From a bacterium (GTDB lineage Bacteria > Bacteroidota > Ignavibacteria > Kapaibacteriales > UBA2268): a DNA stretch of 64,000 bases. Under the pieces are notes generated by a model, which was not told the origin of the DNA, did no database searches, and saw nothing but the letters and a program-made list of their open reading frames with translations. The translations under genes were made by a program, and so were the position numbers. Positions 19,047 to 29,829 of the stretch are shown here, piece by piece; position 1 is the first letter of the stretch; each line of letters opens with the position of its first letter. The DNA is taken from NCBI GenBank assembly GCA_024711295.1, contig JANJTB010000002.1, forward strand, positions 78,223 through 142,222, read 5' to 3'.

Positions 19047-19916
19047 ATGATTGAAATAAATATTAATTCTGAAACAGCTAAGTTAAAAAAAGTGATAGTT
19101 GGAATTGCAGATGATAGAGGAAATAAGGTACATGAAAACAATCCCAAAATTTCAAAATATCTAAAACAGGGGTCATTACCACCTGAATCTATTCTAAAGA
19201 AACAAGTTGATAATCTGGCTAATGTAATAGCTCGTTATGATGTAGAAGTATTACGTCCGGAAAATATAAAAAATCAGGATCAGATTTTTGCACGAGATAT
19301 CGCCTTTGCGATTGCTGATAAATTTGTTGTTTCGAATATGAAAAAAGAAAATCGTAAACCCGAGCAGGACGGTATTGAATATATTATAAATGATATTCAA
19401 CATGATAGAATTGTAAGAGTTCCTGAGGGTGCAACAATTGAGGGCGGCGATGTTTTAATTCACGGCAGGAAAATTTTTGTAGGTATAACAGAAAGAACAA
19501 ATTATTTAGGTTATGAGTTTATAAAAAACACTTTCAAAGATCATGAAGTGATCGCTTTTGAGATGATGTTATCAAGCAACCCTGCTACAAATATCTTACA
19601 CTTAGATTGCGCTTTTCAACCGGTGGGTGATAAGTATGCAATTGTTTATGAAGGTGGTTTTGTCAATAGACCAATTGAGCTTTATGACATTTTTGGCAGC
19701 AATAATATACTAAAAATAACACAGTTTGAAATGTATCACATGTTCCCTAATATTTTTTCAATATCACCTGATAAAGTGATATCGGACAAATCATTTTACA
19801 GAATGAATGAGGTATTGCACAGTATAGGAATTGATACAATTGAAATTGATTACCAAGAAGTTTGCAAATTAGGAGGACTTTTCAGATGCTCGACAATGCC
19901 TCTGATAAGAGATTAG
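19047..19916 (+). CDS. amidinotransferase / dimethylarginine dimethylaminohydrolase (DDAH)-family protein
   Basis: Family-typical C-terminal catalytic Cys in GGLFRCSTMPL; 289 aa. Confidence 0.65.
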   Translation: MIEININSETAKLKKVIVGIADDRGNKVHENNPKISKYLKQGSLPPESILKKQVDNLANVIARYDVEVLRPENIKNQDQIFARDIAFAIADKFVVSNMKKENRKPEQDGIEYIINDIQHDRIVRVPEGATIEGGDVLIHGRKIFVGITERTNYLGYEFIKNTFKDHEVIAFEMMLSSNPATNILHLDCAFQPVGDKYAIVYEGGFVNRPIELYDIFGSNNILKITQFEMYHMFPNIFSISPDKVISDKSFYRMNEVLHSIGIDTIEIDYQEVCKLGGLFRCSTMPLIRD

Positions 19917-20068
19917 ATAAACCAGCTGAAAAGCAAGATACTCCTTACTTTTATTATGATGAATCAGGCTATATGGTATTTACTGCTAAATACCATTTGG
20001 AACGTGGTTATTGCTGCAAGAATAAATGCAGACATTGTCCATGGAAGTCAGGCAAATGCAGATTTTAG
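19886..20068 (+). CDS. small Cys-rich protein (DUF5522-like, CCxxxCRHCPW motif)
   Basis: YFYYDESGYMVFTAKYHLERGYCCKNKCRHCPW. The track ORF begins at 19862 and overlaps the 3' end of the DDAH-like gene in another frame. First in-frame Met at about 19886. Confidence 0.5.
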   Translation: MLDNASDKRLDKPAEKQDTPYFYYDESGYMVFTAKYHLERGYCCKNKCRHCPWKSGKCRF

Positions 20069-21021
20069 TTTTCCATATCTTGTTTAATCATTCCAAATCC
20101 TATAGAAATAGCTCCATCGAGAGCTGAGCCTGCTGGTTTAACAATCTTCAGCTTACTATTTTTTGAAATTTCTTCCTCAAGAAGTTTTCTCAGAATAGTA
20201 TTTGCATCAATTATTCCACCCATAAGTGCAACATTTACGGGAAATTTATCTACATTTTTGATAATAGCATCAGGAAGCTCAGATAAGTGCTTTGCTGAGT
20301 CAGTGATTATTCTCATGCATATCTTGTCACCATTTTCGGCACATTTCATGACATAAGGAGTCAGATTTTGATATTCAAATGCTCTTTCAGCATAAGCCTT
20401 AACAATTGTTCTGGGTTCGTCTAAATTAATAGTAGGGTATAATTGAGCAATTTCATCTGCTAAAATTGTAGGCTCACCTCTTCCATCTAATGCTCTGACT
20501 ACTGCTGTAAGGCCTTCCCTACCAATCCAGGCTCCCGAACCTTCGTCGTCTAATTCAATGCCCCAGCCACCGCATCTGTAAAGCTTATCATGGAATTTTC
20601 CAAGCGCGATTGAGCCAGTACCAACAATTGTCATGATTCCATCTCTTCCGCCAAATGCTCCCTCTAAGGCAATTTCTGCATCACTCGTTACGAGTAAGTC
20701 ATTGATAATTGTCTTCTGACTTCGCGCTAATGTACGTATTAAATTCTGGGATCTCATTTTTTCTTCTTCTAACCAAACACCAGCTAAGCCAACAACAATA
20801 GCATCAACTTCAGAAATTTCAATATTAGCTTTTTGGCATAGTTCAGTAATAACAGTCAAAGTACGCTCGCATGATTCTCCAACACCGACTGCACCTATTC
20901 TTGTGGTTCCTGCTACCAATTCAGCTTTGATACTACCTTCACTGTAAATAATTCCTCTTGTTTTTGTTCCACCACCATCTATTCCGATGATTGTATAATC
21001 ATTTTTGTTTATCATTTTCAA
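20065..21021 (-). CDS. BadF/BadG/BcrA/BcrD-type ATPase, N-acetylglucosamine kinase-like
   Basis: IGIDGGGTKT phosphate-1 motif; DAE...GTGSIA; ASKHA-fold sugar kinase; 318 aa. Confidence 0.7.
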   Translation of the reverse strand: MKMINKNDYTIIGIDGGGTKTRGIIYSEGSIKAELVAGTTRIGAVGVGESCERTLTVITELCQKANIEISEVDAIVVGLAGVWLEEEKMRSQNLIRTLARSQKTIINDLLVTSDAEIALEGAFGGRDGIMTIVGTGSIALGKFHDKLYRCGGWGIELDDEGSGAWIGREGLTAVVRALDGRGEPTILADEIAQLYPTINLDEPRTIVKAYAERAFEYQNLTPYVMKCAENGDKICMRIITDSAKHLSELPDAIIKNVDKFPVNVALMGGIIDANTILRKLLEEEISKNSKLKIVKPAGSALDGAISIGFGMIKQDMEN

Positions 21022-21187
21022 AATTTAGAATTTATTATAAAAAACCAAGAGAACTATTACAAAATTTATGCCATTCTTAGTTAAATTTTGACTAAATCTT
21101 TTTAATGGAAAAACTATGAACTTTTGTACTTGTATTTAAGAAAAAAAAATATTAATTTTGAATATTGCTTTATTACTTCCTTAAGAT

Positions 21188-23335
21188 ATGAAACTTAAAA
21201 ACCTATTTATTTTTGTTTCCATTTTTAATATTTCTTTGAGCATTTTAATGTCTCAAAGTGATTCTACAAATGTTAAATATGGAGTTTATGGTGGATTAAA
21301 CTATAATATTCACACAGCCAACTTTACTTCGCTCCCGGGTATTCCAAACTGCTGTCCAAGATTTGAATCCGGAGATGGCTTTGGATTTAATTATGGTTTT
21401 TTAGTGGATTTTCGATTATCTGAATCATTATTTCTTTCGAACAGGCTCGGATTTATTACGCATGGTGCAGTTCTTTCCAAGCTTGAAGATGAGGTGTTGA
21501 TTAGTCCATCAGGGCCAATTAACGGTGAATTTAAGCATTCAGTTGATTCGAAACTTCTAAATTTGGGACTCGAGCCTACTTTATCATACTATGTTTTTAA
21601 TAATTTTCAGGTAAACCTTGGGATTAGAGCCAGCTATTTGATATCTTCTACTTTTTCGCAAGTTGAGGAAATAACTAAACCTGAACGTGCCGGTACCTTT
21701 GTTGATGAAAATGGAGTTGACACCAAAAAACGCACAAGAAATGAGTATTCAGGAGATATTCCACAAAGTGCTATGTTTCAGTCCGGCGCTAATTTCGGTA
21801 TTGCTTATGATTTACCATTAAACAGTAAAAATACTTTTCATTTGGCTCCTGAACTGTCTTTCTATTATCCAATTACAAACATAATTTCAACTTCTGATTG
21901 GAATGTGTATAGTCTTAAGCTCAATTTTGCGATTAAATACTCACCAGAAAAGTCAATATCTAAAATTAAGGATTTAAAACGGAAGTATATTATTGATACC
22001 ATTGTTATAAAAAATGAAGTTATAGCAAAAAGTGTTTACAGTGAAGGTAAGGAACTATTTGAAAAAAATGAAACTTCAAGTGAAATTATCGAGCAAATTA
22101 CAAGAACAGATACATTGTTCATCCCGGACGATTCACCCAAAGTTCAGATTTCAATAAAAGCTATTGGTATAGATGATAAAGGTAACGAAACCGAAGTACC
22201 TAAAATTGTTGTAGAAGAGTATATTTCCAATCGTTTAGACCCATTACTTAATTATGTGTTTTTTGATGAAAATTCGTATAAGGTACCTGAAAGATATAAA
22301 ATTATCAGTAAAGATGAAGCCATTAATTTTAATATTAACACACTCTACAAAGATTCTACATTGGCTATTTATCATAATATATTGAATATTATAGGTGACA
22401 GGTTAAGCAAATTAAAGGACTCAAAACTTACACTTACCGGTTGCAATGCTGATATCGGCAGTGAATTGAATAATAAAGACTTATCCTTAAAAAGAGCTGA
22501 AGTGATAAAAAGTTATTTAGTTGACAATTTCAATATTAAACAGGATAGAATTAAAATAATCACCCGTAATTTGCCGGTAAAAGCATCTTTGCCAAAAGAT
22601 GATATTGACAAAAGTGCTGAAAACAGGAGAGTTGAAATTAGTTCAGATAATCCAAAAGTATTTGAACCGATCTACATCGAAAATGTGGATAGAAAAACTA
22701 ATTATCCTATAATCAGATTATTAAATAATTATGGCGATAAATCACAAGTAAAATCATGGGAAATTAAGACTCTTACTCCACATGAGATGATTATCTTAAG
22801 TAGTTTAAATTCAAATGATATAACAGAACTCATTGATTGGAAGTTATCACAAAGAATAAGCAATTTCAAAGATCTAACAAAACCCTTCAGGTTTCAACTT
22901 AAAGTTGTCTCCAAGAATGATATTGCTTATGAAGCTAAATCAGATCAAATTCCAATTGAACTTATTACTATTCAAGAGAAGAAAAATTTACAGATTGATG
23001 ATTATGAGGTTGAAAAATTTAGTTTGATTTTATTCGATTTTGATAAAGCGAAAATTGAAAGTATCAATGATAAAATAATAAAATTGATAAAAGAAAAGCT
23101 AAAACCAAACTCAGAATTAGAAATCAGAGCTTATACAGACAGAACCGGAGATGAAAATTACAACAAAAAGCTGTCACAACTCAGAGCTCAGGAAACTGTT
23201 AAAACTCTGAGCAGACCTGATGCTTATGCAATTGGAATTGGTGAGGATGAAGTTATTTATAATAATGACCTACCTGAAGGGCGATTCTACAGTAGAACTG
23301 TTACAATAACAATCAGGAACAAAGTTGAAAGATAG
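21188..23335 (+). CDS. OmpA-family outer membrane protein (N-terminal beta-barrel plus two C-terminal OmpA-like domains)
   Basis: Signal peptide. Two OmpA peptidoglycan-binding motifs: LSLKRAEVIKSYL...NRRVEI and NYNKKLSQLRAQETVKTL. 715 aa. Confidence 0.8.
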   Translation: MKLKNLFIFVSIFNISLSILMSQSDSTNVKYGVYGGLNYNIHTANFTSLPGIPNCCPRFESGDGFGFNYGFLVDFRLSESLFLSNRLGFITHGAVLSKLEDEVLISPSGPINGEFKHSVDSKLLNLGLEPTLSYYVFNNFQVNLGIRASYLISSTFSQVEEITKPERAGTFVDENGVDTKKRTRNEYSGDIPQSAMFQSGANFGIAYDLPLNSKNTFHLAPELSFYYPITNIISTSDWNVYSLKLNFAIKYSPEKSISKIKDLKRKYIIDTIVIKNEVIAKSVYSEGKELFEKNETSSEIIEQITRTDTLFIPDDSPKVQISIKAIGIDDKGNETEVPKIVVEEYISNRLDPLLNYVFFDENSYKVPERYKIISKDEAINFNINTLYKDSTLAIYHNILNIIGDRLSKLKDSKLTLTGCNADIGSELNNKDLSLKRAEVIKSYLVDNFNIKQDRIKIITRNLPVKASLPKDDIDKSAENRRVEISSDNPKVFEPIYIENVDRKTNYPIIRLLNNYGDKSQVKSWEIKTLTPHEMIILSSLNSNDITELIDWKLSQRISNFKDLTKPFRFQLKVVSKNDIAYEAKSDQIPIELITIQEKKNLQIDDYEVEKFSLILFDFDKAKIESINDKIIKLIKEKLKPNSELEIRAYTDRTGDENYNKKLSQLRAQETVKTLSRPDAYAIGIGEDEVIYNNDLPEGRFYSRTVTITIRNKVER

Positions 23336-23337
23336 AG

Positions 23338-23901
23338 TTATAATTGATTATAACGAAAGCAATTGACTGTGTGATCATTAACCATACCAGCTGCCTGCAT
23401 AAATGCGTAGCAAATGGTTGTACCTACGAATTTAAATCCATATTTTTTCAATGACTTGCTCATTTCATCTGACTCTTTTGTGCTAACTGGAATATCTTTA
23501 TGATTTAACCAGGAATTTTTGATTGTTTTACCGTCAGTGAATTGCCAGATGTATTGATCAAAGGAGCCGAATTTTGCTTGGATTTCCATAAAAGAACGAG
23601 CATTTGTAACAGCTGACTCAATTTTAAGTTTATTTCTGATTATACCTTTATCCTGCATCAGTACATCTAACTTATCTTGTGTATAATTGCTGATAATTCT
23701 GTAGTCAAAATTGTCGAATGCTGATCTAAAGTTCTCACGTTTCATCAAAATAGTTTTCCAGCTCAATCCTGCTTGAAATCCATCAAGTATAATAAATTCA
23801 AATAGCTTATCATCGTCATGTAAAGGTACTCCCCATTCATTATCATGGTAATCAATTTCGAGTTCACTATTGACGCACCAACTGCATCTATCCATTAACA
23901 A
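23338..23901 (-). CDS. tag: DNA-3-methyladenine glycosylase I
   Basis: CSWC...YHDNEWGVP zinc/HhH motifs typical of Tag; 187 aa. Confidence 0.9.
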   Translation of the reverse strand: MLMDRCSWCVNSELEIDYHDNEWGVPLHDDDKLFEFIILDGFQAGLSWKTILMKRENFRSAFDNFDYRIISNYTQDKLDVLMQDKGIIRNKLKIESAVTNARSFMEIQAKFGSFDQYIWQFTDGKTIKNSWLNHKDIPVSTKESDEMSKSLKKYGFKFVGTTICYAFMQAAGMVNDHTVNCFRYNQL

Positions 23902-23905
23902 ATCC

Positions 23906-25816
23906 TCATTTTAGTAAATACTCAACTCTTCGCATTACATCGTTAATAAACCTTTCATTATTGGTAAAACCTCTTATAATAAACCTGACTTTGGATTCAT
24001 TATCAAGAATAATGGTTGTAGGTAAACCGATAATGCCTATTTGTATGGGCAAGGCATCATATACATCCCGAACTATAGGGAAATTTATCTTATTTTGGGC
24101 TATAAATCTTTTTAAATCATCTTTAGAGGAAACCTGATTATCGAGAGTGTTAACAGCTACAACTTCCACATTATTAATATCTTCCAACAACTTAGTCAGG
24201 TTTTCTAAAGCAGGAAACATAGCCTGACAGGGAGCACACCAACTTGATACAAAATTCATTATAACAATTTTTCCTGATAGGTCTTTATAATTAATCAGAG
24301 TTCCTTCGACGGACTCAAGAGAATATTGTAATGGTTCAAAATTTGTAAATTCATTCTGCAACAAGTCATTATAGGCAATTTTACTTTTTATCAACAGACT
24401 ATCTAAAGAAAGTTGGTAAATTGAGTCATTGCTGAAATATATTTTTTTGAAAAGTTCTTCATGTTCTTCCAGAATCTTCTCACTGCTTTTAGAATTAATG
24501 ATTGCATATTCAGCAACTAGTAATGCTTTTTGAAATTCATTGAATTTATTAAGTATTGCTATATAGTTTTCAAAAAATTCTTCATTGGCTATACTTCTGT
24601 AGAGTTTAGCTGCCTGCTCATACAACGGTATTGCATTTATTGGTTCATACTCACTAAAAATTTCAGCTTTTGATTCAAGATAAGATGCTTGCTCGATATC
24701 CAAAATATCAAGCCACTCGCCTTTTGTGTATGCAGATGGTTTTGAATTGAAGTTCACATCTCTATAACTCGTAAGTTTAGTATCGCCTTTAGATATAAAT
24801 GAATACACCAGTTGCTTGAATTGGGGTTCGTTATGTTTGCCGGATTTCAGGTAAAAGTCAAATATGCTCTTAGCAATTCTTCCATAGCTGTTAACAGGTA
24901 CAAAGTCGTTGGAATCAATAAACTTAATTAAATCCTGAACCTTATTGGCTTGAAGATGTGAAGTTATGTAAGCAGTTAATATTCTGTTCAGATTTGTTGA
25001 ATTCTTAAATTTTTTAAAATAATCATCACACGCTTCTCTAAATTTTTGGAAATTATCTGCTTCGGAAATTTCAGCAATCAGATTATCTTCAGCAATTTCT
25101 GAGTAAGGGAATTTACTAATGTATAATTTAGTAACTTCAAGTGCTTTATCATTTAAATTTCTTGAAGTTAGTGCCCTGATTTTTGCTTTGACATCGCTGT
25201 GATTAGTTATAGCAACATTTGATTCAGATATTTTTGCTAATTTATCATTAAAATCATCCTTGCTGATTTTCTTCATATCAAATAATGTAGTAGCCAAACC
25301 TAGCTCTGCAGCAATGTTGTCAGGATAATATGAAAGCTCAGACTCTAAATGCTTTATGGCTTCGTAAAAATCAGGTATTCTGTCAATATTTGATGATATG
25401 CTTCCAAGTCTGGATAGTGCAGCTTTCAAGTGTGCATACCTGACAGGTATATCATTGTGGTATGTTAATATATCCCAATATTTTGCGTTATTATTGTCAA
25501 CAATATCAAATATTTTACCTGCATGGAAAATTTTCATCATAGTGTAAACAATGCTGTCTGGAAGTACAAACTTGCCTTCGAATCCATTTTGTGTTTTTTG
25601 TAAAGTAATTTCATGACCTATTGGAAGTGATGATAAGCCATTGAAATAATACAGCATTAAATCAACTTCAGAGAATTTTTCAAATCTACTGTTAACTGAA
25701 TAAAGCACATTGACAGTATCACCATTAGATGGATTTTCAGGATGAAATTTTAAATGAGCTGAATTTACTAAGGTAAAAGATTGAATTAAAACTATTGCAA
25801 TAATTATATATTTCAT
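23906..25816 (-). CDS. secreted TlpA/ResA-like thioredoxin-fold protein with large N-terminal helical domain
   Basis: Signal peptide; C-terminal redoxin domain with WCAPC active site; 636 aa. Confidence 0.7.
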   Translation of the reverse strand: MKYIIIAIVLIQSFTLVNSAHLKFHPENPSNGDTVNVLYSVNSRFEKFSEVDLMLYYFNGLSSLPIGHEITLQKTQNGFEGKFVLPDSIVYTMMKIFHAGKIFDIVDNNNAKYWDILTYHNDIPVRYAHLKAALSRLGSISSNIDRIPDFYEAIKHLESELSYYPDNIAAELGLATTLFDMKKISKDDFNDKLAKISESNVAITNHSDVKAKIRALTSRNLNDKALEVTKLYISKFPYSEIAEDNLIAEISEADNFQKFREACDDYFKKFKNSTNLNRILTAYITSHLQANKVQDLIKFIDSNDFVPVNSYGRIAKSIFDFYLKSGKHNEPQFKQLVYSFISKGDTKLTSYRDVNFNSKPSAYTKGEWLDILDIEQASYLESKAEIFSEYEPINAIPLYEQAAKLYRSIANEEFFENYIAILNKFNEFQKALLVAEYAIINSKSSEKILEEHEELFKKIYFSNDSIYQLSLDSLLIKSKIAYNDLLQNEFTNFEPLQYSLESVEGTLINYKDLSGKIVIMNFVSSWCAPCQAMFPALENLTKLLEDINNVEVVAVNTLDNQVSSKDDLKRFIAQNKINFPIVRDVYDALPIQIGIIGLPTTIILDNESKVRFIIRGFTNNERFINDVMRRVEYLLK

Positions 25817-25820
25817 TTAC

Positions 25821-26675
25821 TTACCTTGAATTAAGTATAATATTTTCCTTCAAATATTCAAAAGCCTCATCCGGAGTATTAGCATATCTAAATAGCTCTA
25901 AATCAGATTTGTTTATCATACCAACTTCAACCAAATAATCAAAATTAATAAGATTTTTCCAAAACTTTTCATGATAAAGAACAATCGGTAACGGCTTAGA
26001 AACTTTATAAGTTTGCTTAAGCGTCAGAATTTCCATCAACTCATCCAAGGTACCAAAACCTCCTGGCATTGCAACAATACCTTTTGCGTAATAGACAAAC
26101 CAAAATTTCCTCATAAAGAAGTAATGGAATTCAAAATTTAGTTCCGGTGTGATATAGCTATTGGGATACTGTTCGAAGGGCAAACTGATGTTAAGTCCAA
26201 TATTCGGTGATTTTGCCCTCCATGCTCCCCGATTTGCAGCTTCCATCATTCCTGGGCCTCCACCAGTACAAATATGCATTTTTTGATGATCAGGCAAAGT
26301 TTTTGACCATTCAGATATCATTTCAGCAAGAATTACTGCATCATTGTAGCACCTTGTCATATCATAGGTTTTCATGTGATTTTCGATTTTTTCCTGAACA
26401 AAGATTTTATCATCAGGAGCTGCGAGAGCCAATTGGTCATTTAAATCTTTTAACTTGGTTTCAAATTCGTCAAGTGATAATGTTCTGGCTGATCCATAGA
26501 AAACTACAGTTCCCCTTATTCCATATTTTCTAAAATACTGTTCCGGGTATGAATATTCTGAAATCATTCTTATTAATCTTCCATCTTTGGAATGGATAAA
26601 CTCTTTATTATCGTAAGCTTTAGCAGCTTTTTCGATTTTACCTTTTATTACGTTCTCGGGATTTCTGAATTCCAT
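25821..26675 (-). CDS. LOG-family (TIGR00730) Rossmann-fold nucleotide-binding protein
   Basis: PGGFGTLDELMEILT plus GGGPGMMEA motifs. Confidence 0.75.
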   Translation of the reverse strand: MEFRNPENVIKGKIEKAAKAYDNKEFIHSKDGRLIRMISEYSYPEQYFRKYGIRGTVVFYGSARTLSLDEFETKLKDLNDQLALAAPDDKIFVQEKIENHMKTYDMTRCYNDAVILAEMISEWSKTLPDHQKMHICTGGGPGMMEAANRGAWRAKSPNIGLNISLPFEQYPNSYITPELNFEFHYFFMRKFWFVYYAKGIVAMPGGFGTLDELMEILTLKQTYKVSKPLPIVLYHEKFWKNLINFDYLVEVGMINKSDLELFRYANTPDEAFEYLKENIILNSR

Positions 26676-26692
26676 ATTTATTTCCTTTAAAA

Positions 26693-27409
26693 TTATAAAT
26701 TATAACCACCATCAACCGAAATATTTTGACCTGTAATGTAATTACTGCATGTAGCAAAAAAATAAACCGCATCAAATACATCTTTAACAGAACCAAATCT
26801 TTTCATTGGAATTCTGGCACCAGACAATGCTAACTCTTCATCAGGTTGTTCATCGGGTATTTCAATGCTTCCCGGAGAAACCGAATTAACTGCTATTGTT
26901 GGTGCTAACTCGTATGCAAGAGCTTTTGTTAATTGCAAAACTCCTGCTTTTGAGATATTATATGGAATTCTACCTTTCCATATTCTAAATGCACCCATTG
27001 AAGCTATGTTAATAATTTTAGAATTACTTAATGCGTTTTTGCTAAAGATTTTTGATATTTCAAAATAACTTTTCAGATTTGTATCAATTACTTCATTCCA
27101 GAGTTCAGAATCAGTTTCCTGCAAACTATGTTGTTTAGGATAGATGGCTGCATTGTTAATTAATACGTCAGGATACCCAAATTCACATGTAATTCGGTGA
27201 AATTTCTCTCTGAATTTGTTAATGTCCCTTACATCAGATTGAAATGAAATTGAGTTAACATCGTAAGATTTTAATAACTCCATTGTTTCCATTGCTTTAT
27301 CAGATGATTTATTATAGTGAACAATAACATTCCAACCAGATTTAGCAAATTCGATTGCTAATCCTCTTCCTAATCTCCTTCCGCTACCCGTGATTAAAAC
27401 TGTTGACAT
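26693..27409 (-). CDS. SDR-family oxidoreductase (pteridine reductase/FolM-like)
   Basis: TGSGRRLG cofactor motif; NNAA; YNISKAG catalytic Tyr-x3-Lys. Confidence 0.85.
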   Translation of the reverse strand: MSTVLITGSGRRLGRGLAIEFAKSGWNVIVHYNKSSDKAMETMELLKSYDVNSISFQSDVRDINKFREKFHRITCEFGYPDVLINNAAIYPKQHSLQETDSELWNEVIDTNLKSYFEISKIFSKNALSNSKIINIASMGAFRIWKGRIPYNISKAGVLQLTKALAYELAPTIAVNSVSPGSIEIPDEQPDEELALSGARIPMKRFGSVKDVFDAVYFFATCSNYITGQNISVDGGYNL

Positions 27410-27481
27410 TTTGTTATTTGATAAAAAAAAGCTAAATTAAGTTACTTTTTGAAGTAATTTTGTAAAAAATATTTAAGTATC

Positions 27482-29527
27482 ATGTCTAAACATATATTAC
27501 GAATTATAATTCATATCCTTTTATTTAATTTCATTATTTATTATGTGGAATCAGCACCCAACACTTATAGAGTATTTTTTCAGGATAAAGGTGTTGGAGT
27601 CTTTGAAAAAGGTTCAGATCTTTATAATAAAGCATTGGAAACTTTATCTGATAGAGCAATCAAAAGAAGGTTAAGTAATGGTTTCGAAAGTGTAACATTT
27701 CAGGATATTCCTGTCAATAATTATTATCTTACTGAAATTGAAAAATTAGGTGCTGTAATTTTAGCAAAAGTACGTTGGGAGAATTACTGTGTGATTTTTT
27801 TGGAGGATGAGGTTAAATTAGATCAAATTAAAAAAATGAAGTTCGTTAAACATGTTCAAGCAACATCATCCGAGTTTTTAAGTATGAATTTTGGACTTGA
27901 AAATTATTCACATGATAGAAATTCAAAATCAATAGTTGAGAAATTATCAGTAAATTTAAGCGATGATGAATCTGACAGTTATTTTGGAATGACAGAATAT
28001 TACTTGAAAACATTAAACATTTCAAAAATTCACCAATCCGGAATAACAGGAGATAGTGTATTAATTGGTTTTTTGGATACAGGTTTTCGTCCATCAAAGA
28101 TAAAAAGTATGAGCAACATAAATGTTGTTGCCGAAAGAGATTTTATATTTAGAGACGACATTACCTATAATCAACAATTTGACCACTCTTCACAGGACCA
28201 TCATGGAACAATTTGTTTGGCTTTGGCATTGGCAAATCAACCCGGCACTTACATGGGTTCTTCACCTAATGCATCAGTGGCACTTGCAAAGACTGAGAAC
28301 CTTTCGTATGAGCGAAAAATTGAAGAAGATTGGTATTATGAAGGAACTGAATGGCTTGAGTCTCAAGGAGTAGATATAATTAGTGCATCACTTGGTTATT
28401 ACAGGTTTGACAGTACCGATATTTCATACAACTATACCAACCTTGACGGAGAATTCCCCGTAGCATCTAAAGCTGTTAAGAATGCCTCAGAAAGAGGCAT
28501 ACTGTTTATGATAGCAGCAGGCAATAACGGACCTAAACCAAAAAGTTTGAATACACCTGCAGATTCTGATTATGGCTTAGTAGTAGGTGCTATTGACAGC
28601 TTACTCAATGTAACACAGTTCTCATCTCGCGGACCTGACGGCTTGGACAGAATTAAACCTCATGTTTTAGCACCAGGCAATGATGTTCCTGTGCCAAGTC
28701 CAACTGAATTCGACGCATTTAGCAAAGGGAAAGGTACTTCGCTTGCAACTCCTTTGGTGAGTGGTGGGGCTGCATTAATTAAATCTGCTTTCCCTGAACT
28801 AAAGAGTAATGAAATAAAAAATATGATTATCAAAAGTAGTAATAATTATGAAAACCCTGATAACGAAAAAGGTTATGGGATACCTGATTTTTATAACGCT
28901 ATGATTGACTATGATGTAGTTATTTCAGAAATGATGACTTATCCAACAAATAAATACCAAAGAGTAATTTTTAAAATTAATTATTCTAAGCCAATTGACT
29001 TTGCAGAATTATATATTCACTCAGAAACAAATGGAGTAATTACTAATTTAAATCTAAATAGTTCTTTTGATAATTTGTATTATGCTGATGTCCCTTATTC
29101 AAGTTTTGTTAAAGATACGTTATTGGTTAGTACAAAAGCATTTTATGATAATAATTCGAAAAATAGGCGTAAACCATACTTTGAAGAGCAATTTATATAC
29201 CTTATAAAAAACTCAGAAAAGTTGAGTACTGATATTGATACTAACAATTTACCATCAAATATTTTTACACTAAAAGAATCTGGTGTTTCAAATACAATCG
29301 CTGTAGTTAAAGATGGAAATCTTAATCTCAAGTTTAAAGATGAAATTTTTACAAACTCTCAAATCAGTATATTTAATTTAGTTGGTTCTGAAATTCTCAG
29401 TAAAAACTTATCTATTGGCCATGGAAATGATGTTAACATTGATATTAAAAATCTAACTACCGGAATTTACTTTGTAAAGGTGAAAAAAAATAATTCAAAC
29501 GAAATTTTAAAAATTTTGATTTACTGA
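27482..29527 (+). CDS. S8 subtilisin-family serine peptidase with T9SS C-terminal sorting domain
   Basis: Asp (IGFLDTGF), His (HGTICL) and Ser (GTSLATPLVSG) catalytic triad; C-terminal 80 aa ...TGIYFVKVKKNNSNEILKILIY is a type A T9SS sorting domain. Confidence 0.85.
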   Translation: MSKHILRIIIHILLFNFIIYYVESAPNTYRVFFQDKGVGVFEKGSDLYNKALETLSDRAIKRRLSNGFESVTFQDIPVNNYYLTEIEKLGAVILAKVRWENYCVIFLEDEVKLDQIKKMKFVKHVQATSSEFLSMNFGLENYSHDRNSKSIVEKLSVNLSDDESDSYFGMTEYYLKTLNISKIHQSGITGDSVLIGFLDTGFRPSKIKSMSNINVVAERDFIFRDDITYNQQFDHSSQDHHGTICLALALANQPGTYMGSSPNASVALAKTENLSYERKIEEDWYYEGTEWLESQGVDIISASLGYYRFDSTDISYNYTNLDGEFPVASKAVKNASERGILFMIAAGNNGPKPKSLNTPADSDYGLVVGAIDSLLNVTQFSSRGPDGLDRIKPHVLAPGNDVPVPSPTEFDAFSKGKGTSLATPLVSGGAALIKSAFPELKSNEIKNMIIKSSNNYENPDNEKGYGIPDFYNAMIDYDVVISEMMTYPTNKYQRVIFKINYSKPIDFAELYIHSETNGVITNLNLNSSFDNLYYADVPYSSFVKDTLLVSTKAFYDNNSKNRRKPYFEEQFIYLIKNSEKLSTDIDTNNLPSNIFTLKESGVSNTIAVVKDGNLNLKFKDEIFTNSQISIFNLVGSEILSKNLSIGHGNDVNIDIKNLTTGIYFVKVKKNNSNEILKILIY

Positions 29528-29604
29528 TATTTTTTTCTTGCACAGAATTTAAAATTGTATTACTTTTGTATTTCCCAATCGGGACGGAATCTTCAAACCA
29601 GAAA

Positions 29605-29677
<73 letters not shown>

Positions 29678-29692
29678 CGAAAAATAAAATTT

Positions 29693-29767
29693 GGAGCTGT
29701 AGCTCAGTTTGGTTAGAGCGTCTGCCTGTCACGCAGAAGGCCGCGAGTTCGAGTCTCGTCAGCTCCG
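29693..29767 (+). tRNA. tRNA-Asp (GTC)
   Basis: GGAGCTGTAGCTCAGTTTGGTTAGAGCGTCTGCCTGTCACGCAGAAGGCCGCGAGTTCGAGTCTCGTCAGCTCCG; anticodon loop cUGUCAc. Confidence 0.9.
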
Positions 29768-29769
29768 CA

Positions 29770-29812
29770 AAAAAAATCCTTTGTAAAATGTAATTTACAA
29801 AGGATTTTTTAT
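29770..29812. terminator. bidirectional terminator after tRNA-Asp and after the convergent T9SS gene
   Basis: AAATCCTTTGTAAA-atgtaat-TTACAAAGGATTT flanked by A8 and T6 runs. Confidence 0.7.
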
Positions 29813-29829
29813 TTATGTTTAATCTAATC

